Made by a program: the position numbers and the translations under genes
Assembly: GCA_043814605.1 (NCBI GenBank)
Contig: JBDRJV010000037.1
Coordinates: forward strand, 163,902 to 227,901
DNA from: Candidatus Omnitrophota bacterium
Lineage (GTDB): Bacteria > Omnitrophota > Gorgyraeia > B26-G9
Direction of reading: 5' to 3'
Length of the DNA stretch: 64,000 nt
The notes under the pieces: generated by a model
The model's input: only the letters and a program-made list of their open reading frames with translations
Database searches by the model: none
What the model was told of the DNA's origin: nothing
Part shown: positions 20,391 to 29,765 of the stretch, in pieces
How positions within the stretch are numbered: the stretch's first letter is position 1
How the letters are laid out: each line of letters starts with the position of its first letter

Positions 20391-20439
20391 TAAAACAGTT
20401 ATAAGTTACGAGTGATGAGTTATAAGTGATCAGTTATGA

Positions 20440-21135
20440 ATTACAAGGTACAAGTGATAAATGAAAAACGGAAAAGCAGATAGAAATTGAGAAACGATGG
20501 ACGATCGCCCGCCAGAAAGCGGCGAGGCTAGGACGAAGGACGAATGACGAGTGACAAGTGATGAGTGACGAGTGATAAAAAAACTAAAACTAATTAACAA
20601 TATAAAACAAGAAATTAAAAATATTAAAATTCAATTATTAGGGGCAAATTTAAGGTGAATGTTAAAATCAGTAGTGATAATAATATTGTTGATAGAAGTT
20701 ATAAATTTGCTTTAGAAATTATAAAATTAGTTAATTTTTTACCAAAAAGTACTAGTGGAACTGTAATTGGTAATCAGATAATTAAATCAGGGACATCCAT
20801 AGGCGCTAATGTGGAAGAAGCACAAGGAGCTGCGAGTAAAAAAGATTTTGCTAATAAAATGGCAATATCTAAAAAAGAAGCTAGAGAAACAAGGTATTGG
20901 CTCAGATTAATAAAGGATTCAGGGATATTAAAGGTTGCGCAGGTAAAAAGCTTACTTGATGAATGTAATTCAATCATTAATATTTTAACTGCTATTATTA
21001 AAACATCAAAAGCTAACTTAAAATGTTGATTCTATTTGTTGTTTTTTGCTTTTTGGTGTTTAACTTATAATTTGTAACTCGTAATTTGTAACTATTAAGG
21101 TAACTTATAATTTATAACTTGTAATTTTTAATTAG
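20440..21135 (+). mobile_element. Cassette copy B (leader + four-helix-bundle gene + tail)
   Basis: Leader and tail align with copy A. Differences are an extra 'ccgccagaaagcggcgagg' insertion in the leader and a single (not doubled) tail block. Confidence 0.45.
20655..21029 (+). CDS. four-helix-bundle protein (23S rRNA IVS protein family, Avd-like), copy B
   Basis: 124 aa. Near-identical to copy A over the first 95 residues, with a divergent last helix. Confidence 0.8.
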   Translation: MNVKISSDNNIVDRSYKFALEIIKLVNFLPKSTSGTVIGNQIIKSGTSIGANVEEAQGAASKKDFANKMAISKKEARETRYWLRLIKDSGILKVAQVKSLLDECNSIINILTAIIKTSKANLKC

Positions 21136-21159
21136 TCTAAAAAATAGGAGCTAAAACAA

Positions 21160-22482
21160 ATGAGTTTGTACAAAAAAATAAAAAGTGGTAAGGAGACAAT
21201 AGCCATAATTGGTCTCGGGTATGTAGGGTTTCCTTTAGCTGTAGAATTTGGCAAAATTATCAGAACTATCGGGTTTGATTTAAATAAAAAACGCGTAAAA
21301 ACCCTGCAGAACTTTCAGGATACTAATAATGAAACAACATCTGAGGAAATAAAATCGGCAAAGTTTCTGGAAGTAACTTCTGATGCGGAAAAAATAAAAG
21401 AAGCGAAATTCATAATCGTTGCCGTGCCGACACCGATCACAACAAATAATCAGCCGGATCTTTTTTGTCTAGAAAGTGCTTCGGAACTTGTGGGAAAAAA
21501 TCTGACTAAAGGCGCTATTGTCGTTTTTGAATCAACTGTATATCCCGGCGTAACTGAGGATGAGTGTGTGCCGATTTTAGAAAAATTTTCCGGACTTAAA
21601 TTTGGCACTGATTTTAAAGTGGGGTATTCTCCTGAGCGGATTAATCCCGGCGATAAGGAGCACAATATCACCAGTATCATAAAAGTAGTTTCCGGTTGTG
21701 ATCAGGAAACTTTAGAGACGGTTGCGGGTGTATACTCTTTAATTGTAAAAGCCGGTGTTTTTAAAGCAGAATCAATTAAAGTTGCTGAGGCGGCTAAAGT
21801 TATCGAGAATACACAGCGGGACTTAAACATTGCGTTAATGAATGAGCTGGCAATTATTTTCCATAAGATGAATATTGATACCCTAGCAGTTCTTAGGGCT
21901 GCGGCGACCAAGTGGAATTTTATTAATATGTATCCGGGTTTAGTTGGCGGGCATTGTATCGGCGTTGACCCATATTATTTAACATTTAAAGCTGAAGAAT
22001 TAGGTTATGACCCTCAGGTAATACTAGCCGGGCGCAGGATAAATGATAATATGGGCAAATATATTGCAGAACAGACAGTTAAGGCTCTGATAAAGGCTAA
22101 CAAAACTGTGAATGCAGCAAAAGTTTTAGTATTGGGAATTACATTTAAAGAAAATATATCAGACATCCGAAATTCCCGGGTTATTGATATCATAAATGAA
22201 TTAAAAGAGTATAATATCAAAATAAGCGTTTCTGATCCGTATGCTGATGTTCAGGCAGTAAGAAGAGAATACGGGATAGAATTAACCAAATATGCTGCAA
22301 AGATAAAAGCTGATGCGATGATTATTGCCGTTAATCATAATAAGTTTAAACAGGATTTAACCTTAACGGCACTTAAGAGACATCTGAGTGGTGAGGGCAC
22401 AAAAGGAGTATTAATTGATGTTAGGGGAATGTTTGATAAAAAAATATTTCAAGATTCTGATATTTTATACTGGAGGCTTTAA
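21160..22482 (+). CDS. UDP-N-acetyl-hexosamine 6-dehydrogenase (TviB/WbpA/WecC family nucleotide-sugar dehydrogenase)
   Basis: N-terminal NAD fold [14 protein letters not shown]. Catalytic GGHCIGVDP. 440 aa. Confidence 0.75.
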   Translation: MSLYKKIKSGKETIAIIGLGYVGFPLAVEFGKIIRTIGFDLNKKRVKTLQNFQDTNNETTSEEIKSAKFLEVTSDAEKIKEAKFIIVAVPTPITTNNQPDLFCLESASELVGKNLTKGAIVVFESTVYPGVTEDECVPILEKFSGLKFGTDFKVGYSPERINPGDKEHNITSIIKVVSGCDQETLETVAGVYSLIVKAGVFKAESIKVAEAAKVIENTQRDLNIALMNELAIIFHKMNIDTLAVLRAAATKWNFINMYPGLVGGHCIGVDPYYLTFKAEELGYDPQVILAGRRINDNMGKYIAEQTVKALIKANKTVNAAKVLVLGITFKENISDIRNSRVIDIINELKEYNIKISVSDPYADVQAVRREYGIELTKYAAKIKADAMIIAVNHNKFKQDLTLTALKRHLSGEGTKGVLIDVRGMFDKKIFQDSDILYWRL

Positions 22483-22802
22483 AAACAGCGAATAGTGATT
22501 ATAGAATCGAAGGACGAGAGACGAAGGACGAGAGACGAGAAAACAGAAAATATATAAAGTTACAAATTACAAGTGACGAATTACGAATTAAAAGCGAATA
22601 GAAAAAACAAAAAAAAGAAAAAACTAAAAAGCAAATTAGAGAGATGAAAAAGTGGATAAATTTTGTAAAAAATAGTTTTTTAGCGAACGAAGAGAGAGTT
22701 CGTCCTTCGTCCTAAAGAGCGGAGCGAATGGTCGTCTTTCGGACCTCGGTCAGAACTGGTAACGGGTAAACAGGCGAACTAACTACAAGGAGTAACAAAA
22801 TC

Positions 22803-23765
22803 ATGTCAAAATATTTAGTAACCGGTGGGGCGGGATTTATCGGCTCGCATATTGTGGAAGAATTATTGAAAAAAGGAGAATCAGTGGTTGTTTTAGATAA
22901 TTTCTCAAGCGGCAGAGAAGAAAATTTATCTTTTGTTTCTGACTATACGCTAGACGCTAACCGCTATACGCTAAATAGAGGTGATATTCGTGATTTAAAC
23001 ACCTGTAAGCAGGCTTGTCAGGGGATTGATTATGTATTACATCAGGCTGCTTTGCGCAGTGTGCCAAAATCCATGAAACACCCCTACGAGTATAACCAGG
23101 TAAATATTGACGGAACTTTGAATATGCTTAATGCCGCACGTGAATGCGGAGTAAAAAGATTTGTGTTAGCATCTTCCAGCTCTGTTTATGGAGATACGGA
23201 TAAATTTCCCCAGGATGAAGGAGCGTATCCATTATTAATTTCTCCCTATGCATTATCAAAACTTGCCGGAGAATTTTATTGCCGGATTTTTAGTGAAAAT
23301 TTTGGATTAGAAACCGTGGCTTTACGATATTTTAATGTTTTTGGACCGCGGCAGGCAGTTGATGATGAATATGCTGTAGTTATTCCGAAGTTTATTACCT
23401 GTATTTTAAATGATCAAAAACCGCCGATTTTTGGTAATGGTAAACAATCACGCGATTTTACATTTGTTAAGAATGTGGTTCAGGCAAATCTACTCGCAGC
23501 GATAACACCGGGCGTATCGGGTGAGGTTTTTAATGTGGCTTGTGGTAATGATACCACGATTTTGGAGCTGGTTGATAAGATCAATATTCTTGCGAGAAAA
23601 TCCATAGATCCGGAATTATTAGCGATTAGACAAGGAGATATTTTTAAAACCTTAGCTGATGTAACTAAAATTAATTCACGATTAAAATTTAATCCAGAAT
23701 TTGATTTTGACCAAGGATTAAAAATAACTTTTGATTGGTTTAAAACGCAATTACAAAAGAAATAA
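22803..23765 (+). CDS. NAD-dependent nucleotide-sugar epimerase (SDR; WbpP/TviC/UDP-GlcA 4-epimerase-like)
   Basis: TGGAGFIGSH. YALSK (YxxxK). 320 aa. Paired with the TviB-like dehydrogenase upstream. Confidence 0.7.
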   Translation: MSKYLVTGGAGFIGSHIVEELLKKGESVVVLDNFSSGREENLSFVSDYTLDANRYTLNRGDIRDLNTCKQACQGIDYVLHQAALRSVPKSMKHPYEYNQVNIDGTLNMLNAARECGVKRFVLASSSSVYGDTDKFPQDEGAYPLLISPYALSKLAGEFYCRIFSENFGLETVALRYFNVFGPRQAVDDEYAVVIPKFITCILNDQKPPIFGNGKQSRDFTFVKNVVQANLLAAITPGVSGEVFNVACGNDTTILELVDKINILARKSIDPELLAIRQGDIFKTLADVTKINSRLKFNPEFDFDQGLKITFDWFKTQLQKK

Positions 23766-23801
23766 GCTAACATAATTATTGTAATCATTAAGGAACTTTT
23801 A

Positions 23802-24473
23802 ATGGATACTAAACTAAATAATAAAATTAAAGATCAACAAAAATTAATACAGATATTGATATACACAACTATTGTAATTGTAATTTTAAATATTATTAAT
23901 GTATTAATGGGAGAACCATTTTGGCAAATTACTAGATTAATTAATGTAGATACAGAAGGAAATTTCCCAACCTGGTTTTCCAGTATGATGCTGGCAATTG
24001 CGGCTTTTTATGCTTATAATTGTTTTCGCGCATCAAAAAATAATGATGGTAAAATATGGAAACTCTTGTCAATTAGTTTAGTGACGATGTCTTGTGATGA
24101 AGTTGCGCAAATTCACGAGCATTTAGGTAATACAATCAATAAATATTTAATTGGTTTAAAAAATTTAAATGCTGCATGGCTAGTTATTTTTGGCCCCTTT
24201 ATTTTAGGGATAATTTTTATATTTGTTTTAAAAATTAAAAATCAATTAGTTGAGTCTTTTCAGGCAATTAAATTTTTAAGAATTGGACTGTTTGTGTATC
24301 TAGGGGGAGCATTTTTACTTGAATCAACAGTAGTATTTTTAACTCAGGGAGAAGCGCAGTGGCTATGGAATATTGAATATATAGCTGAAGAAACCCTGGA
24401 AATGTTTGGTATAATTTTTATTATTAAAGGGTTAATAGAGCATCATCGGTTTTTATTGCAAAAGAATAGTTAA
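23802..24473 (+). CDS. hypothetical polytopic membrane protein
   Basis: Five or six predicted TM helices. No recognised motif. Confidence 0.4.
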   Translation: MDTKLNNKIKDQQKLIQILIYTTIVIVILNIINVLMGEPFWQITRLINVDTEGNFPTWFSSMMLAIAAFYAYNCFRASKNNDGKIWKLLSISLVTMSCDEVAQIHEHLGNTINKYLIGLKNLNAAWLVIFGPFILGIIFIFVLKIKNQLVESFQAIKFLRIGLFVYLGGAFLLESTVVFLTQGEAQWLWNIEYIAEETLEMFGIIFIIKGLIEHHRFLLQKNS

Positions 24474-24511
24474 TATAAATTTTTTATTAATTATAATTAA
24501 AAAGGTAAAAC

Positions 24512-25555
24512 ATGAAAAATATATTAGTTACAGGCGGCTGCGGATTTATCGGATCTAACTTTATCCGGGTTGCGATTAATAATGGTTATAAAATTATTAA
24601 TTTAGATGTGCTGACCTATGCCGGGAATCTGGAAAATTTGGCAGATATTGAAAATGATCCGAATTATAAATTTATTAAAGGGGATATCGCGGATAGGATT
24701 TTATTAGAAAAAATTATTTTAAACAATAAAATTGATTGTATTATTAATTTTGCCGCAGAATCACATGTGGACCGCTCGATTTTAAATGCTACGCCTTTTA
24801 TACGAACAAATATTATGGGCACACAAGCGCTTTTAGATACAGCTTGTAAACATAATATTGAGCGGTTTATTCAGATATCCACAGATGAGGTTTATGGGTC
24901 TTTAGGGAAGACAGGGTTTTTTACGGAAGAAACCCCGTTAGCCCCCAACAGCCCGTATTCTGCGTCTAAAGCCGGCGCAGATTTACTGGTTAGGGCATAT
25001 GTTAAAACATTTGAGCTGCCGGCAGTGATTATCCGCTGTTCAAATAATTACGGTCCTTTTCAATTTCCGGAAAAATTCATTCCTTTAATTATTACGAATG
25101 CTTTAAATGATCAGCTAATTCCTTTGTACGGAGACGGATTAAACATCAGAGATTGGATATTTGTCAAAGATTTTTGCCAAGCTATTTGTTTAGTTATGGA
25201 AAAAGGCAGGGTGGGGGAGATTTATAATGTGGGCGGAAATTCAGAAAAAACTAATATTGACCTTTTAGCATTGATTTTGGATCAATTAAAAAAACCAAAA
25301 ACTTTAATCAAAAAAGTAAAAGACAGATTAGGCCATGACAGAAGATATGCAATTGATTTCTCGAAAATTAAAAATGAATTAGGTTGGGAGCCGGAATATA
25401 AATTTAAAAAGGGAATAACTGAAACAATCCAATGGTATTTAGATCATAGAGAATGGGTGCAGAGAGTACGTTCGCATCAGTATCAACAATATTATGACCA
25501 AAACTATAAGAAACGTTTAAATGAGCCTGATAATGAAGACAACAAAAAAGCTTAA
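24512..25555 (+). CDS. rfbB: dTDP-glucose 4,6-dehydratase
   Basis: TGGCGFIGSNF, YSASKAGADLLVRAY, and a C-terminus typical of RfbB. 347 aa. Confidence 0.85.
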   Translation: MKNILVTGGCGFIGSNFIRVAINNGYKIINLDVLTYAGNLENLADIENDPNYKFIKGDIADRILLEKIILNNKIDCIINFAAESHVDRSILNATPFIRTNIMGTQALLDTACKHNIERFIQISTDEVYGSLGKTGFFTEETPLAPNSPYSASKAGADLLVRAYVKTFELPAVIIRCSNNYGPFQFPEKFIPLIITNALNDQLIPLYGDGLNIRDWIFVKDFCQAICLVMEKGRVGEIYNVGGNSEKTNIDLLALILDQLKKPKTLIKKVKDRLGHDRRYAIDFSKIKNELGWEPEYKFKKGITETIQWYLDHREWVQRVRSHQYQQYYDQNYKKRLNEPDNEDNKKA

Positions 25556-25940
25556 ATGGCTGGGGATTGTTTGCGGTTATATATTATTAATATTTATTTT
25601 GTCTTGGCGTAATCCGGGACTGGGTAAATATTCTTTTATTAAGGAAATTTTGAGTAATTTAGCGCATATTCCTTTATATGCAGGGTTAAGTTATTTTATC
25701 ATAATTTTTTTAAAGCACTTAAAAACAGGCAAATCAGCGTATGTTTATGCAGTAATTAGCGGGATGATTATTGCTGTTATTGATGAATTCTTACAATCCT
25801 TTGTACCGGCTAGAACAGTTTCCGGGATGGATTTATTACTTGATTTAACAGGTATTTGTTCAGGATTATTTATATTTATTATTTTGCGATTTTTAAAAAT
25901 AAAGAGAAAAATAAAGTCAAATAATAAAAATTTATACTAA
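25521..25940 (+). CDS. VanZ-like small membrane protein
   Basis: Four TM helices. The ...RTVSGMDLLLDLTGI... region resembles the VanZ family signature. Confidence 0.4.
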   Translation: MSLIMKTTKKLKWLGIVCGYILLIFILSWRNPGLGKYSFIKEILSNLAHIPLYAGLSYFIIIFLKHLKTGKSAYVYAVISGMIIAVIDEFLQSFVPARTVSGMDLLLDLTGICSGLFIFIILRFLKIKRKIKSNNKNLY

Positions 25941-25958
25941 ATATTAGAGGAGTGAATT

Positions 25959-26210
25959 ATGGAAATTAAAACAAAGGTAAAAAATTTTATTGTTAGTAAT
26001 TTTTTAATGGGTGCTGACCCTGTAACTTTAAATGATTCTGATTCTTTTCTGGAGCAGAGTATTATTGATTCTACCGGTGTTTTAGAGCTTGTTGAATTTA
26101 TCCAAGACAGCTTTGGCATTAAGATTGAAGATGAAGAGTTGATGCCGGATAATCTGGATTCTTTGAACAGTATTGAAAAATTTATTAAATCTAAAATAGA
26201 GGATTCTTAA
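25959..26210 (+). CDS. acyl carrier protein
   Basis: 83 aa, acidic. Phosphopantetheine attachment context IIDSTGVLELVEF. Confidence 0.65.
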   Translation: MEIKTKVKNFIVSNFLMGADPVTLNDSDSFLEQSIIDSTGVLELVEFIQDSFGIKIEDEELMPDNLDSLNSIEKFIKSKIEDS

Positions 26211-26224
26211 ATCAGGAGGAGATA

Positions 26225-27571
26225 ATGAATATTTGTGTTGTCGGAGTAGGCTATGTGGGATTAGTTGTCGGTACATGTTTAGCGGATTTCGGGCATAAGG
26301 TTATCTGCGTAGATGCAAACCTGGAAAAAATAAATAATCTCAAAAAAGGCATTAGCCCGATTTATGAATTGGGGCTGGAAGAATTAATTCACCGTAATGT
26401 TAAAGAAAAAAGACTGACATTTACTACTGATCTTAAAGAAGGAGTAGAATCATCTCTGGCAATTTATATTGCGGTTGATACTCCGAATAAAGAAGATGGC
26501 TTTCCGAATCTCACTAATATTGATACTGTGGCTTTAGAAATTGCTAAATATATGGACGGGTATAAAGTGGTAATTTTAAAAAGTACTGTGCCGGTAGGAA
26601 CTTGTGCGCATGTTGAAAAAATTATTACTGAAAACCTTAAAGAAAGAGTTTCGGAAGAAAAGCTGGCTAAAAATCCTGATGCGGATGCCTATTTACCCAG
26701 CTTTAGTGTAGTTTCCAACCCTGAGTTTTTAAGAGAAGGTTCGGCAATCGAGGATTTTATGCGGCCAAATAGAGTTGTTATCGGAGCTGTAAGTGACCAG
26801 GCAATTGCAATCATGAAGGATATTTACCGGCCTTTATATTTACTGGAAACTCCGCTAGTGATTACTAATCTTGAATCGTCAGAATTAATCAAATATGCGG
26901 CGAATGCTTTTCTGGCAACTAAAATTTCTTTTATTAATGAAATGAGCTGTATTTGTGAAAAAGTCGGCGCGGATGTAAATATGATTGCTAAGGGAATCGG
27001 ATTAGATAAAAGAATTGGTTCTAAATTTTTACATGTCGGCCCGGGATACGGAGGGTCGTGTTTCCCCAAGGATACTTTGGCTTTGACCAATATTGCAAAA
27101 AATGCAGGTTATGACCTTAAAATTGTAAAGTCAGCAATAGAAGTTAATAAATTGCAAAAAGAAAGAATGATTACTTTAATAAAAAACCATGTGGAAAATA
27201 TTTCGCATAAAACAATCGGCATTTTAGGATTAGCTTTTAAGCCGAATACAGATGATATGCGTGAAGCCGCATCCATAACAATTATTCAGGGGTTGCAGAA
27301 AGAAGGCGTAAAAATAAAAGTTTTTGATCCTGTGGCCATGGAAGAAGCAAAAAAAGTTATTAAGAATGTTGAATATTGTGATGATGCTTACAGCGTGGCT
27401 ATAAATAGTGATGCCTTAGTTATTCTTACCGAATGGAATGAATTCAGGCAAATGGATTTGGCTAAAATCAAAGAACTTTTAAAATCACCGGTGGTGATTG
27501 ATACCCGAAATATATATCAACCGGAGAGGATGCAAAAATTAGGATTCAAATATATTAGTATCGGAAGATGA
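26225..27571 (+). CDS. ugd: UDP-glucose 6-dehydrogenase
   Basis: VVGVGYVGLV. Catalytic GGSCFPKD. 448 aa. Confidence 0.85.
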   Translation: MNICVVGVGYVGLVVGTCLADFGHKVICVDANLEKINNLKKGISPIYELGLEELIHRNVKEKRLTFTTDLKEGVESSLAIYIAVDTPNKEDGFPNLTNIDTVALEIAKYMDGYKVVILKSTVPVGTCAHVEKIITENLKERVSEEKLAKNPDADAYLPSFSVVSNPEFLREGSAIEDFMRPNRVVIGAVSDQAIAIMKDIYRPLYLLETPLVITNLESSELIKYAANAFLATKISFINEMSCICEKVGADVNMIAKGIGLDKRIGSKFLHVGPGYGGSCFPKDTLALTNIAKNAGYDLKIVKSAIEVNKLQKERMITLIKNHVENISHKTIGILGLAFKPNTDDMREAASITIIQGLQKEGVKIKVFDPVAMEEAKKVIKNVEYCDDAYSVAINSDALVILTEWNEFRQMDLAKIKELLKSPVVIDTRNIYQPERMQKLGFKYISIGR

Positions 27572-28043
27572 ATAGCGGATGGCTCTTAGCTCATAGTATA
27601 AAGCATGGAACTGAGGGGCGAGTGACGAAAAAGCTTGAACATAAAGCAAAAAGAGATTAGTGTGGAGGATTTAGGATTTGGGAATTAGGATTTAGGATTT
27701 TGGAAAAGCAGATTTAGCTTGCAGCAATTGCAGCTTGAGGCATGTATCTTGCAGCCTGCAGTCTGAGGCTTGTGGCTTGTAGATTACGGCTTTTAACTAG
27801 TAACTTATAATTCATAACTAGCTTTAAATATTAATGTTAAGCGCTTGCATGAGCTGGAAATATATGGTATGCTTTACGACCTTTGAAACAAGGGGTTTGA
27901 GTTAAGGGGGATAATGGCTTAGCGATAAGGGAAGGGTTGGCGAGGAGCTAAAGAAACAAGGTTTTAGAGTAATAGTCGGCAGGAAAAGATATTTGGCGGT
28001 GGGCCTTGAAAAAAGACGCAAAATATGATATTATTTCTTTAGA

Positions 28044-28059
28044 TTGATAAAAATATCAA
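28044..28059. promoter_or_regulatory. palindrome TTGATAaaaaTATCAA immediately upstream of the AbiEi-like gene; candidate operator
   Basis: Perfect 6-bp arms with a 4-bp spacer, 20 bp before the GTG start at 28079. Confidence 0.35.
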
Positions 28060-28078
28060 TACAGAGAAATGAGGCGTT

Positions 28079-28720
28079 GTGAAATTTGATGATTTTATTA
28101 AAACTTATAGAGAAAGTGTTATTATTGATTCATCAACATTTAATTGGTTTTCGGATAAACCTCAAGATGTAAGGCGTCAGGTAAGGTACTGGGTTAAAAA
28201 AGGATATTTGATTTCCCTTAAGAAAGGGATTTATATCTTAAGTGACAATTACCGGAAAATTAATCTTTCTAGGGGATTTTTAGCAAATTTTCTTGTTTCT
28301 CCTTCGTATCTTAGTTTAGAATACGCTCTGGGATTTTACGGCCTTATCCCGGAAAAAGTAACAGTATATACCTCAATTACAACTAAAAAGACTGCTGCTT
28401 ATAAAAATTATTTGGGTGTATTTGAGTATCGTTCTCTAAAGAAGGACCTTTTTTTTGGGTTTACCAAGGTAGCGGAAAATAACCAGGAATTTTTTATTGC
28501 TCAGCCGGAAAAAGCAATTCTTGATTTTTTTTATTTTCGTAAGGAGATTAAAGGAAAAGCCGGGGAGTTTGAATCTTTGCGTTTTCAGAATCTAGAAACA
28601 TTGGATATCGCGAAATTACAGGAATTTAGTAAAAATTTCACTAAAAAAGTCAATAAAATCGCGCAAGAGTTCGTTAATTTTGTTGTTCAGGAAAACCGGG
28701 AATGGAAGACGCTTAAATGA
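28079..28720 (+). CDS. AbiEi-like antitoxin / transcriptional regulator (type IV TA)
   Basis: 213 aa. Overlaps its partner by 4 bp (ATGA). Partner is a clear AbiEii nucleotidyltransferase. The call rests mainly on this genomic context. Confidence 0.45.
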   Translation: MKFDDFIKTYRESVIIDSSTFNWFSDKPQDVRRQVRYWVKKGYLISLKKGIYILSDNYRKINLSRGFLANFLVSPSYLSLEYALGFYGLIPEKVTVYTSITTKKTAAYKNYLGVFEYRSLKKDLFFGFTKVAENNQEFFIAQPEKAILDFFYFRKEIKGKAGEFESLRFQNLETLDIAKLQEFSKNFTKKVNKIAQEFVNFVVQENREWKTLK

Positions 28721-29520
28721 AAGATTACATTAAGTCAATTATCGACAAAAAAGCAGGCTATGATGAAAACCTTAACAGGCTTCGGGAGTATATTCAAACA
28801 TATTTTTTATATATTAGCTACCGAAAAAAATATTATCAGAATATGGTGTTTACCGGAGGTACTGCTTTGAGATTTATCTATGGAATCAGGAGATTTTCAG
28901 AAGATCTGAATTTTAGTTTATCTATGAGTAATCGCGGATTTGATTTTCTTGATATGCTTAAAGATGTTGAACAGGAGTTTAAACTGGCAGGGTACAGCAT
29001 TGAGGTAAAGCCCAGAATAAAAGGGCAGGTCTATAGCGCTCAATTAAAGTTTCCTCAACTTTTATTTGAAACAGGTTTAAGTATGGTGGAAGATGAAAAA
29101 TTAATGATTAAAGTTGAGATCGACTCTAATCCTCCTGAAGGAGGATTAGAGTCCCACACTTTATATAACAAAACATTTATGTTCCATATGGTACATTATG
29201 ACCTTGCGTCGTTATTTGCGGGTAAATTACACGCGCTTTTACGCCGCAAATATACTAAAGGCCGGGATTGGTATGACTTAATATGGTATTTGTCAAAATT
29301 TAAAAATATAGAGCCTAATTATCTCATGCTTAACAACGCGCTTGCGCAGACATCGAAAGTTTATTCGCGTATTTCAAAAGAAAACTGGAAATCTGAGATA
29401 TTGAAAATTGCTTGCGAGTTGGAGTGGCGTAAAGTTAGAAATGATGTAGGTAGATTTTTAGAGGATCATAATGAAGTAAGTTTGCTTGCGATCGAGACTT
29501 TTAAAAGCATGCTTGGCTGA
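28717..29520 (+). CDS. AbiEii/AbiGii-family nucleotidyltransferase toxin (DUF1814)
   Basis: N-terminal FTGGTALRFIYGIRRFSEDLNF matches the DUF1814 GGTAL...RFSED(I/L)D(F/L) signature. 267 aa. Confidence 0.7.
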   Translation: MKDYIKSIIDKKAGYDENLNRLREYIQTYFLYISYRKKYYQNMVFTGGTALRFIYGIRRFSEDLNFSLSMSNRGFDFLDMLKDVEQEFKLAGYSIEVKPRIKGQVYSAQLKFPQLLFETGLSMVEDEKLMIKVEIDSNPPEGGLESHTLYNKTFMFHMVHYDLASLFAGKLHALLRRKYTKGRDWYDLIWYLSKFKNIEPNYLMLNNALAQTSKVYSRISKENWKSEILKIACELEWRKVRNDVGRFLEDHNEVSLLAIETFKSMLG

Positions 29521-29765
29521 TAGCTGATAGAAAAACAGCGAGTAGCGGCTAGCGAATAGAAAAACTGAAGGACGATGGATGACCGCCCACCAGAAAGCGG
29601 CGAGGCTAGGATGAAGGACGAAAAAGCTAAATAGCTTATAGGAGTTAGGAAAAACAAAAGCTAAATTCTAAAACTCGAGCTAAGAGATAACTTAACTGGT
29701 AGCAGGGAATGGCTAACTGGTTCACTGGCAACCGGCGAACGGATATATAAAAGGTTATAAAATTT

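Noticed and set aside
17800-21135. Diversity-generating retroelement around the Avd-like genes
   Set aside because: The four-helix-bundle genes belong to the family that includes DGR Avd. No reverse transcriptase ORF exists in the window. No template/variable repeat pair with adenine-specific differences was found. The repeated flanks are non-coding.
18376-21159. CRISPR array in the repetitive 'ttataacttgtaactcgtaatttgtaact' tails
   Set aside because: The repeats are imperfect, AT-rich word permutations without uniform-length unique spacers. No cas genes are present.
27572-28078. Small protein-coding gene or insertion sequence in the 0.5-kb repeat-rich spacer before the AbiE module
   Set aside because: There is no ORF of 60 aa or more with an RBS and no transposase-like motif. 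The content is microsatellite-like (ggatttagg)n plus the word-repeat families.
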